Of a stretch of DNA of 64,000 nucleotides, positions 30,826-42,014 are shown one piece after another. How positions within the stretch are numbered: the first letter of the stretch is position 1; every line of letters begins with the position of its first letter. This DNA comes from Clostridia bacterium (GTDB taxonomy: Bacteria; Bacillota; Clostridia; Monoglobales; Firm-18): the NCBI GenBank assembly GCA_045654805.1, contig JAZOOD010000060.1, forward strand, positions 10,491 to 74,490, written 5' to 3'. A program made the position numbers and the translations under genes. The notes under the pieces were generated by a model. The model had not been told where the DNA came from, searched no databases, and saw nothing but the letters and a program-made list of their open reading frames with translations.

Positions 30826-33434
30826 GAAATTTAGACACAAAATATGATCCGAAACAGGTTGAGGACAAGCTGTACAAAGAATGGGTTGACAAAGGATATT
30901 TCCACGCAAAGCCAAATCCTGACAAAAAACCTTTTACAATAGTTATTCCTCCTCCAAACGTAACAGGCAAATTGCATATGGGCCACGCTCTTGATGAAAC
31001 ATTGCAGGATATACTTATCAGATACCACAGAATGAAGGGCGAGGAAGCCTTGTGGCTACCGGGTACCGACCACGCAGGTATCGCTACACAGATTAAGGTT
31101 GAGGAAGTTTTACGTAAAGAAGAAGGTCTTACAAGATACGACCTTGGTCGTGAAAAGTTCCTTGAAAGAGTATGGGAATGGAAACATCAGTACGGCAGTA
31201 ACATTATAAATCAGCTTAAAAAATTAGGCAGTTCATGTGACTGGGACAGAGAACGCTTTACAATGGACGAAAAATGTTCCAAAGCAGTACGAGAGGTTTT
31301 TGTTAACCTTTACAACAAAGGTTTGATTTATCAGGGCAACCGAATTATTAACTGGTGTCCTCATTGTACAACCGCACTTTCTGACGCAGAGGTTGAATAC
31401 GCAGACCAGCCGGGACACTTCTGGCACATTAAGTACCCAATCGTTGGCTCTGACGGATATGTTATAGTAGCTACAACACGTCCCGAAACAATGATGGGTG
31501 ATACTGCTGTTGCAGTAAATCCTGAAGATGAAAGATATAAGGATTTAATTGGCAAAACACTTATGCTCCCTCTTGTTAACAGGGAAATTCCTGTTATTGC
31601 AGACGAATATGTTGATAAAGACTTTGGAACAGGCTGTGTTAAAATTACACCTGCTCATGACCCTAATGACTTTGAAGTTGGTCTACGTCACAACCTTGAA
31701 CAGATTAAGGTTATGAATGACGATGCCACAATAAATTCCAACGGCGGTAAATATAACGGTATGGACAGATACGAGGCAAGAAAGGCTGTTATTAAGGACC
31801 TTGAAGAACTTGGCTTGTTGCATAAGGTTGAAGACCATTCACACAATGTTGGTCAGTGTTACCGTTGCGGTACAACTGTTGAACCAATGACTTCAAAACA
31901 GTGGTTTGTTAAAATGGAGCCATTGGCTGAGCCTGCTTTGGAAGTTGTTAAAAACGGTACTACAAAATTTGTTCCTGAAAGATTTACTAAAACATATACA
32001 AACTGGATGGAAAATGTACATGACTGGTGTATTTCACGTCAGCTATGGTGGGGACACAGAATCCCTGCGTTCTATTGTGATGAATGTGGTGAAACAACTG
32101 TATCCAAAACAGATATAGACATATGTCCAAAGTGTGGTGCCAAAGTGCATCAGGATAATGACGTACTTGACACTTGGTTTTCATCAGCACTATGGCCATT
32201 TGCTACACTTGGCTGGCCTGATAAAACAGAAGAACTTGATTACTTCTACCCAACAAGTGTATTGGTTACTGGTTATGATATCATCTTCTTCTGGGTTTCA
32301 CGAATGATATTCAGTGGTGTTGAACATATGGGCAAGAGTCCTTTTGACACAGTACTTATACACGGTATTGTACGTGACAGCCAGGGCAGAAAGATGAGTA
32401 AGTCATTGGGTAATGGTATAGACCCACTTGAGGTTATTGATAAATACGGTGCAGACGCTTTAAGATTCACACTTGCAACAGGTAACTCACCCGGTAATGA
32501 TATGCGATTCTATGACGAAAGAGTTGAAGCAAGCCGTAACTTTGCAAATAAGATATGGAACGCTTCACGTTTCGTACTTATGAATGCAGACGACAATGCA
32601 AGCGACGTATTGCCTACAAACTTAGAACTTGAGGATAAGTGGATTCTTTCAAAGCTTAACAAGCTTATTGAAAGAGTAACAGACAATCTTGACAAATACG
32701 AGCTTGGTATTGCGGTACAGAATTTGTATGACTTTATATGGGATGAATTCTGCGATTGGTACATTGAGCTTGTAAAACCAAGACTTGGAACAGATAAAAA
32801 CCCACAGAACGTACTTATTTATGTGCTTTCAAACATTTTAAAGCTGTTACATCCGTTTATGCCGTTTATTACAGAGGAAATTTACAGCTACTTACCAGTA
32901 ACTGACAAAAAGAGCATAATGATTTCCGACTGGAGTGTTGCAAAAGATGAACTCAACTTCCCTGTTGAAGAAGAAAATCTTGAAACAATTAAGGAAGCTA
33001 TCAAGGGCGTAAGAAATATGCGTTCTGAAATGGACGTTCCTCCATCAAAGAAAGCTAAACTTGTTATCGTTACTGAGGATGTTGAGCTTTTTGAACTTGG
33101 TACTGCATTCTACCTAAAACTTGCAGGTGCAAATGAAGTTGTAGTTTCCAAGGATAAGGGAGAAGTTCCTGAAAATGCAATTTCTGTAGTTGTAAATAAG
33201 GCGGAAATATTTATGCCACAGGATGACCTTATTGACAAAGCTAAGGAAATTGAAAGACTAAACGCTGAAAAGAAACGTCTTGAAGGTGAAATCAAACGCG
33301 TTGAAGGTAAGCTTTCAAACGAATCATTTGTTGCAAAGGCACCACAGGCGGTAGTTGACAAGGAAAAGGAAAAGGGCGAAATGTACCGCGAAATGTTGAA
33401 CAAAGTACTGGAAGGTCTTGAAAAATTAAAATGA
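30822..33434 (+). CDS. valS: Valine--tRNA ligase
   Basis: 870 aa with the HIGH motif (GKLHMGHA), KMSKS, and a C-terminal coiled coil. The start ATG overlaps the preceding stop (ATGA). Confidence 0.98.
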   Translation: MRNLDTKYDPKQVEDKLYKEWVDKGYFHAKPNPDKKPFTIVIPPPNVTGKLHMGHALDETLQDILIRYHRMKGEEALWLPGTDHAGIATQIKVEEVLRKEEGLTRYDLGREKFLERVWEWKHQYGSNIINQLKKLGSSCDWDRERFTMDEKCSKAVREVFVNLYNKGLIYQGNRIINWCPHCTTALSDAEVEYADQPGHFWHIKYPIVGSDGYVIVATTRPETMMGDTAVAVNPEDERYKDLIGKTLMLPLVNREIPVIADEYVDKDFGTGCVKITPAHDPNDFEVGLRHNLEQIKVMNDDATINSNGGKYNGMDRYEARKAVIKDLEELGLLHKVEDHSHNVGQCYRCGTTVEPMTSKQWFVKMEPLAEPALEVVKNGTTKFVPERFTKTYTNWMENVHDWCISRQLWWGHRIPAFYCDECGETTVSKTDIDICPKCGAKVHQDNDVLDTWFSSALWPFATLGWPDKTEELDYFYPTSVLVTGYDIIFFWVSRMIFSGVEHMGKSPFDTVLIHGIVRDSQGRKMSKSLGNGIDPLEVIDKYGADALRFTLATGNSPGNDMRFYDERVEASRNFANKIWNASRFVLMNADDNASDVLPTNLELEDKWILSKLNKLIERVTDNLDKYELGIAVQNLYDFIWDEFCDWYIELVKPRLGTDKNPQNVLIYVLSNILKLLHPFMPFITEEIYSYLPVTDKKSIMISDWSVAKDELNFPVEEENLETIKEAIKGVRNMRSEMDVPPSKKAKLVIVTEDVELFELGTAFYLKLAGANEVVVSKDKGEVPENAISVVVNKAEIFMPQDDLIDKAKEIERLNAEKKRLEGEIKRVEGKLSNESFVAKAPQAVVDKEKEKGEMYREMLNKVLEGLEKLK

Positions 33435-34669
33435 ACTACAGTGAAGCATTAGACTTTATTCATACAAGAAACAAATTTGGCATCAAGCTTGGTCTTGATG
33501 CCACAAGCAACTTGCTTGATAAAATAGGCAACCCTCATAAAAGGTTGAAATTTATCCATATAGCAGGTACTAACGGCAAGGGTTCTACTACTTCCTACAT
33601 TGCGGATATATTAATGTCAAAGGGATATAAGGTGGGCAAGTTTATATCACCGTATGTGTATTCCTTTACGGAACGTATACAGATAAACAATTGTGAAATT
33701 TCAGAAAACGACCTTGCAGAATGTGCAACTGTTGTACGAGATGCTATTGAAAAATACAACCTTACACCTACGGAGTTTGAAGTAGTTACCGCAATAGGAC
33801 TTTTATATTTTGAACGTCAAAATTGCGACTATGTATCCCTTGAAGTTGGTATGGGGGGAAGATTCGATGCAACCAATGTGATACCTGCACCGCTTGTTTC
33901 CGTTATTACCAGCATAAGTATTGACCATACGGAATACTTAGGTAATACAATAGCAGATATTGCCTTTGAAAAATGCGGAATTATCAAAACAGGTTCAAAT
34001 GTTATAGCATATGCGGACAATCCTACAGATGCTGTGAATGTAATTAAAAAAACAACCGCTGAAAAAAATGTGCCCCTTATAATACCTGATAAAAATGACA
34101 TTGTAATTTTACAACAAAGTATTGATGGTACTGATTTTGAATACAAAGGTGAAAAATACCACATAAATATGCTTGGAAAACATCAGGTTTACAATGCGGT
34201 AAGTGCTATTGAGGCAGCAAAGATATTAGGTGTTGAAAAAGAATATATTAAAAAAGGTCTTGAATATACAAAATTCCGCGGAAGAATGGAAATAGTAAGT
34301 AAAGACCCGGTTATAGTACAGGACGGTGCACATAATTATTCCGGAATTTTAGCTTTATACGATGCATTAAAAACATATTTTAATGATAAAAAAATAATTG
34401 TGGTTATGGCAATGCTCAAGGATAAAGAGTACGAAAAATGTATTAGCACAATAGCTCCTGTGGTGGATACATTTGTTGCAACTGAAGCCAACAATCCCCG
34501 AAAGGCAACTGCTGATGAAATTTCAATAACTGCAAAAAAATATATTAAAAACGTACATTCACAACCAGATGTAAATAAAGCTGTTGCATATGCAAAGTCA
34601 ATAAGCGATAACCACAGTATAATATGCGTATGCGGTTCGCTTTATCTGCTTGGGGACGTCAACATTTAA
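33431..34669 (+). CDS. folC: Folylpolyglutamate synthase / dihydrofolate synthase
   Basis: 412 aa with the P-loop [13 protein letters not shown] overlap with valS. This is the classic valS-folC linkage. Confidence 0.94.
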   Translation: MNYSEALDFIHTRNKFGIKLGLDATSNLLDKIGNPHKRLKFIHIAGTNGKGSTTSYIADILMSKGYKVGKFISPYVYSFTERIQINNCEISENDLAECATVVRDAIEKYNLTPTEFEVVTAIGLLYFERQNCDYVSLEVGMGGRFDATNVIPAPLVSVITSISIDHTEYLGNTIADIAFEKCGIIKTGSNVIAYADNPTDAVNVIKKTTAEKNVPLIIPDKNDIVILQQSIDGTDFEYKGEKYHINMLGKHQVYNAVSAIEAAKILGVEKEYIKKGLEYTKFRGRMEIVSKDPVIVQDGAHNYSGILALYDALKTYFNDKKIIVVMAMLKDKEYEKCISTIAPVVDTFVATEANNPRKATADEISITAKKYIKNVHSQPDVNKAVAYAKSISDNHSIICVCGSLYLLGDVNI

Positions 34670-34688
34670 ACAGAAAGGACTTTTTAAA

Positions 34689-35996
34689 ATGAGATTTAAA
34701 AAAATACTACCGCAAATTATTACGGCAGCACTTTCGGTTGTAATGCTGATATATACCTTAATATCCACAAGAATTTCCGTAAGTACTTTTCCCTTTGAAC
34801 TATTGGAAAAGTTAGGAATTTACTACGGCGACACAGGATACGGAATTATAAACAGTGACATTTCACTGAACGGAAGCTATGAAGCGTTTGTATCATTTTT
34901 AAAAAAATTATCTGTAAATGGTATAATACACAGGCTGATACCCTTTATAATTCTTTCTGTTTTACTTGTTGTAGCTTTGGTTATCATATCAAAGGCAGCG
35001 TCAAAATCAAACTACAAATGGACTGTTTATTTGTGTGCAGTTTTATTACCCGTAGTATTTTGTGATTTTACAAATCTGGTATTTTTCAAAACGTTATATG
35101 CAAATCCTCTTATTCTCGTTCTTCTTATGTTAATCTGCGGAATATTGCTTATGATGTATAATAAAAATTCAGCGGGGATTACAGGAATAATAGCTGTTAG
35201 CGTTATAGCAATAATATACGGCCTTTTGGGAACTGTACAGGCAATAACTGCAATTATTATCGGAATAATAATTGGAAGACTTTCTAAAATATCCAAAAAT
35301 AAAATTTCAAAAATATTATCAATTGTTCTTGGTATTGTAATTATTGTACAAAGCCTATTGTTCAGTTTTAATTATAAAGCGTTTGATTACAAGCAAAATC
35401 TTTATAACTCTGTATTCTTCGGGGTATGCAAATATGATAGTGTTACAGAGCTAGGACTTGATAAAGAGCTTGATGACTTTAAAGAAGTCTATTACGGAAT
35501 GATGGAAAACGAGGCAGATTATGACCTTGAAAATAAGTTCTATAATAAAATGTCATATACAAAACTGATTAAGTATTATGCGACACATCCATCAACTGCC
35601 ATAAATGTAATTAATAATCAGGCAAAATCAGCGTTTTATAACGATTATGACTTTGGCTTTACCCCTTACAGCTCCGCAAAGAAGTTATATATACCTCTAA
35701 ACTTTATAATTTCTTTAGCTTTTACGGTAATATATATATCCATTGCAACTATAGTAGGAAAAAAATATAACACTATAAAACCTGTTACGGAATTTATGAT
35801 AGGTATTGCAGCTATGTGGTTTATGTCCCTTATTGCAACGGCAATATACTGCGGTAACTGTGATATAGCTCAAAATATGTACAATTTTAACATATTGTTT
35901 GATATTATGATAGTTTCCGGTTTGATTGGCGGTATAAGGGTTGTACTTCACAGACAGGATGAAAAGAAGGACGAATTCGGAATAACTCACGAATAA
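34689..35996 (+). CDS. Polytopic membrane protein, function unknown
   Basis: About 435 aa with many TM helices. ATG at 34689 follows GAAAGGA. No family recognised. Confidence 0.7.
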   Translation: MRFKKILPQIITAALSVVMLIYTLISTRISVSTFPFELLEKLGIYYGDTGYGIINSDISLNGSYEAFVSFLKKLSVNGIIHRLIPFIILSVLLVVALVIISKAASKSNYKWTVYLCAVLLPVVFCDFTNLVFFKTLYANPLILVLLMLICGILLMMYNKNSAGITGIIAVSVIAIIYGLLGTVQAITAIIIGIIIGRLSKISKNKISKILSIVLGIVIIVQSLLFSFNYKAFDYKQNLYNSVFFGVCKYDSVTELGLDKELDDFKEVYYGMMENEADYDLENKFYNKMSYTKLIKYYATHPSTAINVINNQAKSAFYNDYDFGFTPYSSAKKLYIPLNFIISLAFTVIYISIATIVGKKYNTIKPVTEFMIGIAAMWFMSLIATAIYCGNCDIAQNMYNFNILFDIMIVSGLIGGIRVVLHRQDEKKDEFGITHE

Positions 35997-36007
35997 AGGT
36001 AATTTAT

Positions 36008-36784
36008 ATGAGATTTTTAATTATAGGTGATATTGTAGGTAACAACGGCGTTGAGTATCTTCAACAGCACCTTGATTCCATAAGAAAATTAAATAAAATT
36101 GATTTTGTTATTGCAAATGCCGAAAACTCCACTCCCGTTGGGAAGGGTATAAACAAGGCTGTTGCACATATCCTTTACAACTGCGGGGTAGATGTTATAA
36201 CTATGGGAAACCATACATTTAACAATTACGAAATCAACAAACTATTTGACGAGGATTTTCCTATAGTACGTCCTGCCAATATGCCTCCGGAAACTGCCGG
36301 ACAGGGTTATGTGATAACAGACTTCTTCGGCACAAAAATAGCTGTCATAAATTTATTAGGTAGGGTATATATGGAGTGTATGGACTGTCCATTCCGTACC
36401 GCAGACAGTATAATTGAAAAAATCAAGGACGACACGGACATTATAATCGTAGACTTCCACGCTGAAGCAACCAGCGAAAAGAAAGCTATGGGCTTTTACC
36501 TTAACGGCAGAGTATCCGCAGTATTCGGTACACACACACACGTACAGACTTCAGATGAAAAAATACTTGACGGCGGTACTGCATATATAACCGACGTTGG
36601 TATGACAGGATGTCACGACAGCGTGCTTGGAGTGAAAAAGGATATTATAATTAAGCGCTTTTTAACCTCTATGCACCAAAGACATGAAATTCAGGACGGC
36701 CCGGCAACATTGGAAGGTATTATAATTGATATTGACGAATCTACAAGAAAAAGTAAATCAATAGAAAGAATACAAATAACATAA
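36008..36784 (+). CDS. ymdB: TIGR00282-family metallophosphoesterase YmdB
   Basis: 258 aa starting MRFLIIGDIVG, with ...ANAEN...GNH...DFHAEATSEK...GTHTHVQT. Confidence 0.9.
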   Translation: MRFLIIGDIVGNNGVEYLQQHLDSIRKLNKIDFVIANAENSTPVGKGINKAVAHILYNCGVDVITMGNHTFNNYEINKLFDEDFPIVRPANMPPETAGQGYVITDFFGTKIAVINLLGRVYMECMDCPFRTADSIIEKIKDDTDIIIVDFHAEATSEKKAMGFYLNGRVSAVFGTHTHVQTSDEKILDGGTAYITDVGMTGCHDSVLGVKKDIIIKRFLTSMHQRHEIQDGPATLEGIIIDIDESTRKSKSIERIQIT

Positions 36785-36787
36785 CAT

Positions 36788-36817
36788 AAAGGATGCTGTT
36801 AAACAGCATCCTTTTTT
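36788..36817. terminator. Bidirectional terminator between ymdB (+) and ykvI (-)
   Basis: GGATGCTGTT pairs with AACAGCATCC, with flanking A- and T-runs. It overlaps the last codons of the ykvI-like ORF. Confidence 0.8.
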
Positions 36818-37857
36818 GTTATATTCCAATGTATTATTACTGCCAAAATCACCGCAAAACCGAAGTAACCGCTAATTGGATACACAATGCCAATTAAATC
36901 TCCAAAACCAAACAGGCTGCAAATCCAGCCTACAAGAGCCATAATAACTATTAAATACCTTTTATACTTTCTAAACCATTGAAATTTTTGTTCAAAGTAA
37001 GCTATAACCCCGACCATACTCGAAAGGGATGTTCCAAACATTCCAAATAGTAATAAAACCGCATATACAACACCGAGTATATAGCTTATATTATATGCAA
37101 GCTCCAGCATAGGTAATTCGGTATGTGATATTTCAACATTTGCAAAAATGCCAAAAAGTACACACACCGCAATCAAAAGCATTATAACACTACCGACACC
37201 CATACCGGGTAACACGGTCTTTTTATCTATTTGCATAGCCATAGGTGCTATAATACCTATAGTACAAAATAAATTGTGTGAAGCATAAGTACAAGCAGAA
37301 AAAAACCAATTATGTAACAACACATTTTGTTCCTGTATATTGGTGTGAAAATTCAATTCAAAACCATATTGCCATAGGGTGATAATACCGATTGCTACTG
37401 CTCCAATAATCATTGCGGGTACAAGACGCGAAAGGGCAGATACCATACCTTTAACTCCACCCATAGAAACTATTGCAACCGTCACACAAAACAGACCGCA
37501 ACCTAAAAAATACGGTATTGAAAACATACGATTAAGCAATGCCCCTGCACCTGCAGACATAATTATTAATATACTGAACATAAAAAATGTAGTTACTGCA
37601 CCTACCAATGCCCTTAACCAAGGTATATCCTTCCATACTACAATCCTATCCATCTCGGTTATTCCTGTAAGGTGAATAAGCTTTACAAGTATCAAACCAA
37701 ACAAAAAATGCAGTAAAAATGTCAAAATCAGTCCCCAGATGCCATTAATACCAAAGGCACCGAAAAACTGCCATATTTCCTGTCCCGAAACAAAGCCGGC
37801 ACCCAAAAAGCAACCGGCATAAGTAAGTCCCAAAGACATTGTACCTATCTTCTTCAT
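36799..37857 (-). CDS. ykvI: YkvI-family membrane protein
   Basis: 352 aa with about 10 TM helices. The N-terminus is ...YAGCFLGAGFVSGQEIWQFFGAFG, typical of YkvI-like transporters. Confidence 0.75.
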   Translation of the reverse strand: MKKIGTMSLGLTYAGCFLGAGFVSGQEIWQFFGAFGINGIWGLILTFLLHFLFGLILVKLIHLTGITEMDRIVVWKDIPWLRALVGAVTTFFMFSILIIMSAGAGALLNRMFSIPYFLGCGLFCVTVAIVSMGGVKGMVSALSRLVPAMIIGAVAIGIITLWQYGFELNFHTNIQEQNVLLHNWFFSACTYASHNLFCTIGIIAPMAMQIDKKTVLPGMGVGSVIMLLIAVCVLFGIFANVEISHTELPMLELAYNISYILGVVYAVLLLFGMFGTSLSSMVGVIAYFEQKFQWFRKYKRYLIVIMALVGWICSLFGFGDLIGIVYPISGYFGFAVILAVIIHWNITKKDAV

Positions 37858-37867
37858 AAAAAACCTC

Positions 37868-38443
37868 TTAAATATTCTTCATCTGTGTTACGTCAACCAA
37901 ATCATCATCATAATTTTCAAGATAATCAAGCATTTCGTCAATGTCAGTGAATATTTCATACAAATTACTGCATTCGGACTTCATAAATTTTCCGTCTATT
38001 GCATCCTGCATCATTTTTTCCATACTGTCATAATAGCCGTTAATATTGAAAACAGCAATGGCTTTCTTATGTCTTGCAAGCTGTTTTAGTGTAAGTATTT
38101 CAAAAAATTCCTCAAATGTACCTATACCGCCGGGAGTCATAATAAAACAGTCTGCCCTATCTTCCATTATTTGCTTACGCTGACGCATAGTTTCGGTAGA
38201 AATCATTTCCGTACAATCTTCAAACAGCACACCATCCACATTAAAGAAAGAAGGTGCAACACCAATGATAGTGCCTTTTTTTTCATACATACCTCTTGCA
38301 ACTGCACCCATCAAACCCTGCGCGCCTGCACCATAAACAAGTCCGTGTCCGCGTTCTGCCATTCTTCGACCTAGTTCTTCTGTAACTTCTATATAATTTT
38401 TATCTATAAGGTCACTCGATGCCCCATATACACATATTGTCAT
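37868..38443 (-). CDS. LOG-family (TIGR00730) nucleotide phosphoribohydrolase
   Basis: 191 aa with the PGGIGTFEEFFE signature and a GxGxxG-like N-terminus. Confidence 0.88.
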   Translation of the reverse strand: MTICVYGASSDLIDKNYIEVTEELGRRMAERGHGLVYGAGAQGLMGAVARGMYEKKGTIIGVAPSFFNVDGVLFEDCTEMISTETMRQRKQIMEDRADCFIMTPGGIGTFEEFFEILTLKQLARHKKAIAVFNINGYYDSMEKMMQDAIDGKFMKSECSNLYEIFTDIDEMLDYLENYDDDLVDVTQMKNI

Positions 38444-38530
38444 AAAAAAAGCCTCCTTTTACGTAATATTATATTATACACATTACATAATAATTTTATC
38501 ACATAAAGATAAATTGGTCAACAAAACAAA

Positions 38531-38566
38531 GAGTGTAACAAAATTAAATTTAATTTTGTTACACTC
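38531..38566. terminator. Perfect 18-bp palindromic hairpin downstream of the XRE gene
   Basis: GAGTGTAACAAAATTAAA pairs with TTTAATTTTGTTACACTC. T-runs follow on both strands. Confidence 0.75.
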
Positions 38567-38592
38567 CTTTTATGGTTGAAGAAAAAAGTATA

Positions 38593-38835
38593 TTACTCGA
38601 TTTCCTGTTCAAGATTATCAAATTCAGTTGTAGAAAAAAATTCACCCAAAGTCATTCCAAGTCCATCACAAATAAGTTTAATTGTAAGTATCTGAGGATT
38701 TTTGCTCTTTCCATACAATATATTTTTCAACGATGAAGGCGGAAGTGCGGAAATTTCTGCCAAAGCATTTATCGTAAGATTATGCTCCTCACACAAAGTA
38801 AGAATCCTGTTTTTTATTTCATCAATTGTTTTCAT
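38593..38835 (-). CDS. XRE-family helix-turn-helix transcriptional regulator
   Basis: About 80 aa, MKTIDEIKNRILTLCEEHNLTINALAEISALPPSSLKNILYGKSKNP... ATG at 38835 lies 8 nt after AGGGAG. Confidence 0.85.
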   Translation of the reverse strand: MKTIDEIKNRILTLCEEHNLTINALAEISALPPSSLKNILYGKSKNPQILTIKLICDGLGMTLGEFFSTTEFDNLEQEIE

Positions 38836-38934
38836 TAAAATCACTCCCTATAAAAAGAGTAACCAAAAACACTTGACTTTATAGGCTATGTATGCTACTA
38901 TTAGGCTATCTGTAATACTTTTAAGGTGATAGCA

Positions 38935-39090
38935 TTGAATAAAGTGAAAGAAAATATAAACAAAATTTATCGTGCATCTGCAAGTTTAAACCTTTATTCA
39001 TCTATATGCAATCCTACAAAAGATAGAATAATAAATGAATTAATATCAATAAAATATATGATAGATGAATTGCTAAAAAAACTAAATTAA
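38935..39090 (+). CDS. Possible 51-aa ORF divergent from the XRE gene
   Basis: Not in the track because it is under 60 aa. TTG at 38935 lies 5 nt after AAGGTGA. Product is MNKVKENINKIYRASASLNLYSSICNPTKDRIINELISIKYMIDELLKKLN. The stop is followed directly by a hairpin terminator. Confidence 0.4.
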   Translation: MNKVKENINKIYRASASLNLYSSICNPTKDRIINELISIKYMIDELLKKLN

Positions 39091-39117
39091 AAGAGCATAG
39101 TTTTAAACTATGCTCTT
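39091..39117. terminator. Bidirectional terminator between the small ORF (+) and ftsK (-)
   Basis: AAGAGCATAG (39091-39100) pairs with CTATGCTCTT (39108-39117). Confidence 0.75.
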
Positions 39118-39123
39118 TCTACA

Positions 39124-41580
39124 TTACTCTTCCTCTTGAAAAGTAGTTTGTTCAGGTGCACTTACACCAAGGTCCATATTCATCATCATTTCATTCCATT
39201 GTGCCTTGGTAACCAAAACTTCTCTTGGTTTTGTACCGTCAAAAGGTCCGATAATTCCTCTTTCCTCCATCTGGTCTATAAGCCTTGCGGCACGCTGATA
39301 ACCCACCTTTAAGCGTCTTTGGTACATAGCAACGGAAGCCTGACCTGCCTCAATAGCCATTTCTACAGCCTGTGGCAATAATTCGTCAGCCTCTCCTCCT
39401 CTGTCCTCTGTAGCCTTAGGAGTATCACCTGCACGTTCAATCTTTTCTATAATATCTTCATCGTAATTTGCCTCATTTTGACCTTTGACAAATTCAACGA
39501 TTTTTTCTACTTCCTTATCGGTTACAAAGCACCCCTGTACACGTATTGGTTTTGATGTGCCGATAGGGAAGTAAAGCATATCACCTTTACCCAAAAGTTT
39601 TTCTGCACCGCCCATATCAAGTATGGTTTTACTATCCACAAACTGACGTACGGCAAATGCAATACGTGACGGAATATTAGCCTTAATAACACCTGTAATA
39701 ACGTCAACAGACGGTCTTTGTGTAGCAATTACAAGATGCATACCTGCCGCACGTGCCATCTGTGCAAGACGGCATATACTGTCCTCAACATCATTAGGTG
39801 CAACCATCATAAGGTCAGCCAACTCGTCTATGATAATAACAATTTGTGGCAATTCCTCGCTGTCATTTTCCTTTGCCCAGGCATTGTACCCCTTAAGGTC
39901 ACGTACATTGTTGTCAGCAAATAATTTATACCTGTTAGTCATTTCATTAACAGCCCACTGCAATGCACCAGCCGCCTTACGAGGGTCTGTAACAACGGGA
40001 ATAAGCAAATGAGGTATGCCGTTATATACACCAAGTTCAACTGCCTTAGGGTCTACCATTACGAGCTTAACCTCATTAGGTGTAGCCTTATAAAGAATAC
40101 TTGTAATAAGTGAATTAATACATACAGACTTACCTGAACCTGTTGAGCCCGCAATTAAAAGATGAGGCATTCTTGCAATATCCCCTACCACAGGATTACC
40201 CGCAATATCCTTACCCAAGGCAAAGGCTAGCTTACTTTTGAAATTAGCAAAGTCCGCTGTACCAATAACCTCTCGCATATAAACTGCACTCAAAACCTCA
40301 TTAGGTACTTCAATACCTATAGCGGTCTTACCGGGAATAGGCTCTATTCTGATACCCACCGCCGCAAGATTAAGTGCAATATCGTCTGCAAGATTTGTTA
40401 TTTTGGAAATCTTTACACCCTCGTTTGGTTGAAGTTCGTACCTTGTAATTGTAGGACCACGGCTGTAATCCACAATTCTTGCCTCAACACCAAAAGAATG
40501 AAGTGTTTCAATCAATTTCCTTGCAGTTCTCTGCAAAGCCTCCTCCGCCTGTTGTGACGGCTTTTCAGGCTCTTTTAATATCGAGAGTGACGGATATTTA
40601 TAGTCTATATGGTCATTTACAACAGCTATTTCCATTTGCTCAGGTTCCTCTTTTTTCCTCTTCTTAGGAAGTAAAGATACCTCTGTTGCAACTTCAATAG
40701 CCTGACTTATTGCTTCCTCATCATGTTCAGCAGTTGCCTGTACCTCATTTTGAGTGTTAAAACTCAAAAAGTCAAATTCATTACCGCTGTCAAAATCAAA
40801 AGGAGGCTTATCCGGCATATCTGCAACCGGATCATTTTCTATTGATTTTTTAGATTTCTTCTTACTGGGTTTATCGGGCAAATCAGCAAATTCCTTTTCA
40901 AAATCAAAAATCTGTTGTTTCAACTTCTTAAGTTCCTTTTGCATTTCCGGAGGCATTTTTTCAGGTACTTTTTTAACTTCTTCTTCCTCCATAGGCTCGT
41001 AATCCTTTGTAAACAAGTTGCGTAAGAATGTAATTACACCGCTTATGGAAATGTCAAAAACACATATAACAAGTATAAGTATCGCAGCAACAAGAACAAT
41101 TACACTACCCCAAAAGCTAAGCAGATTTTTCATAGGTATACCGATAATTCCTCCTATTACACCGCCACCAAGTCCCCCTGTACCGTTAAGCCACAGAGAC
41201 TTTATCATATCAACAATGCCCTCGTTTGCGGTAACCTGTTCAACTATGTGACAAAATACGCTCAGACATACAACGAGAACACTTGTAAGGATATATTTAA
41301 GCTTATATTCACCCAATTCCTTTTTAGCAATATAATGAATTGAACACGCAATTAATGCAAAGCATAAAATGTATGCCGTTCCTCCAAACAGACCAAGAAG
41401 CAAATTCTTGATAATTTCACCCACTACGCCTGTTATATCCGTAAACATACTTATGCCCACGAATATCCCTATTGCAATTATTATTATTGCAACAATATCG
41501 TAATTAACAACTTTTTTAGGCTTTGGACCCGGCTTTGATGAAGATGTTCTCTTCCTCTTCTTACTAACCTCTCGTGCCAT
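39124..41580 (-). CDS. ftsK: DNA translocase FtsK/SpoIIIE
   Basis: About 818 aa with N-terminal TM helices, a Pro/Lys/Glu linker, a motor domain with Walker A (GSTGSGKS), and a C-terminal gamma wHTH. ATG at 41580 lies 7 nt after AAGAGGAG. Confidence 0.95.
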   Translation of the reverse strand: MAREVSKKRKRTSSSKPGPKPKKVVNYDIVAIIIIAIGIFVGISMFTDITGVVGEIIKNLLLGLFGGTAYILCFALIACSIHYIAKKELGEYKLKYILTSVLVVCLSVFCHIVEQVTANEGIVDMIKSLWLNGTGGLGGGVIGGIIGIPMKNLLSFWGSVIVLVAAILILVICVFDISISGVITFLRNLFTKDYEPMEEEEVKKVPEKMPPEMQKELKKLKQQIFDFEKEFADLPDKPSKKKSKKSIENDPVADMPDKPPFDFDSGNEFDFLSFNTQNEVQATAEHDEEAISQAIEVATEVSLLPKKRKKEEPEQMEIAVVNDHIDYKYPSLSILKEPEKPSQQAEEALQRTARKLIETLHSFGVEARIVDYSRGPTITRYELQPNEGVKISKITNLADDIALNLAAVGIRIEPIPGKTAIGIEVPNEVLSAVYMREVIGTADFANFKSKLAFALGKDIAGNPVVGDIARMPHLLIAGSTGSGKSVCINSLITSILYKATPNEVKLVMVDPKAVELGVYNGIPHLLIPVVTDPRKAAGALQWAVNEMTNRYKLFADNNVRDLKGYNAWAKENDSEELPQIVIIIDELADLMMVAPNDVEDSICRLAQMARAAGMHLVIATQRPSVDVITGVIKANIPSRIAFAVRQFVDSKTILDMGGAEKLLGKGDMLYFPIGTSKPIRVQGCFVTDKEVEKIVEFVKGQNEANYDEDIIEKIERAGDTPKATEDRGGEADELLPQAVEMAIEAGQASVAMYQRRLKVGYQRAARLIDQMEERGIIGPFDGTKPREVLVTKAQWNEMMMNMDLGVSAPEQTTFQEEE

Positions 41581-41659
41581 ACGAAAACTCCTCTTATGTA
41601 ATATACTATTCAGCAAGAAATAGCATAAGCCAATGCCTATGCTATTCTTAAACTTTTAA

Positions 41660-42001
41660 TTAACCCGGAGGCCATTGTAATGAACGGCCGCCAAGCATAT
41701 GATAGTGCATATGGTCAACAGTTTGTCCCCCATTTACGCCTATATTGGTTACAATTCTATATCCATCTTCAGCAATACCTTCACTTTTTGCAATTTCAGC
41801 AGCAACCTTGAATATATGTCCTACTACTGCACAATTGTCATCATTTACTTCGTTAACGGAAGAAATGTGTTGTTTTGGTATAATCAAAATATGTGTAGGT
41901 GCCTGAGGGTCGATATCACGGAACGCAAATACCAAGTCATCCTCATAAACCTTTGTTGAAGGTATATCACCTGCTATAATTTTACAAAATAAGCAATCCA
42001 T
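41660..42001 (-). CDS. HIT-family (histidine triad) protein
   Basis: MDCLFCKIIAGDIPS... and the HMHYHMLGG triad. Confidence 0.92.
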   Translation of the reverse strand: MDCLFCKIIAGDIPSTKVYEDDLVFAFRDIDPQAPTHILIIPKQHISSVNEVNDDNCAVVGHIFKVAAEIAKSEGIAEDGYRIVTNIGVNGGQTVDHMHYHMLGGRSLQWPPG

Positions 42002-42014
42002 ATTTAACATCTCC

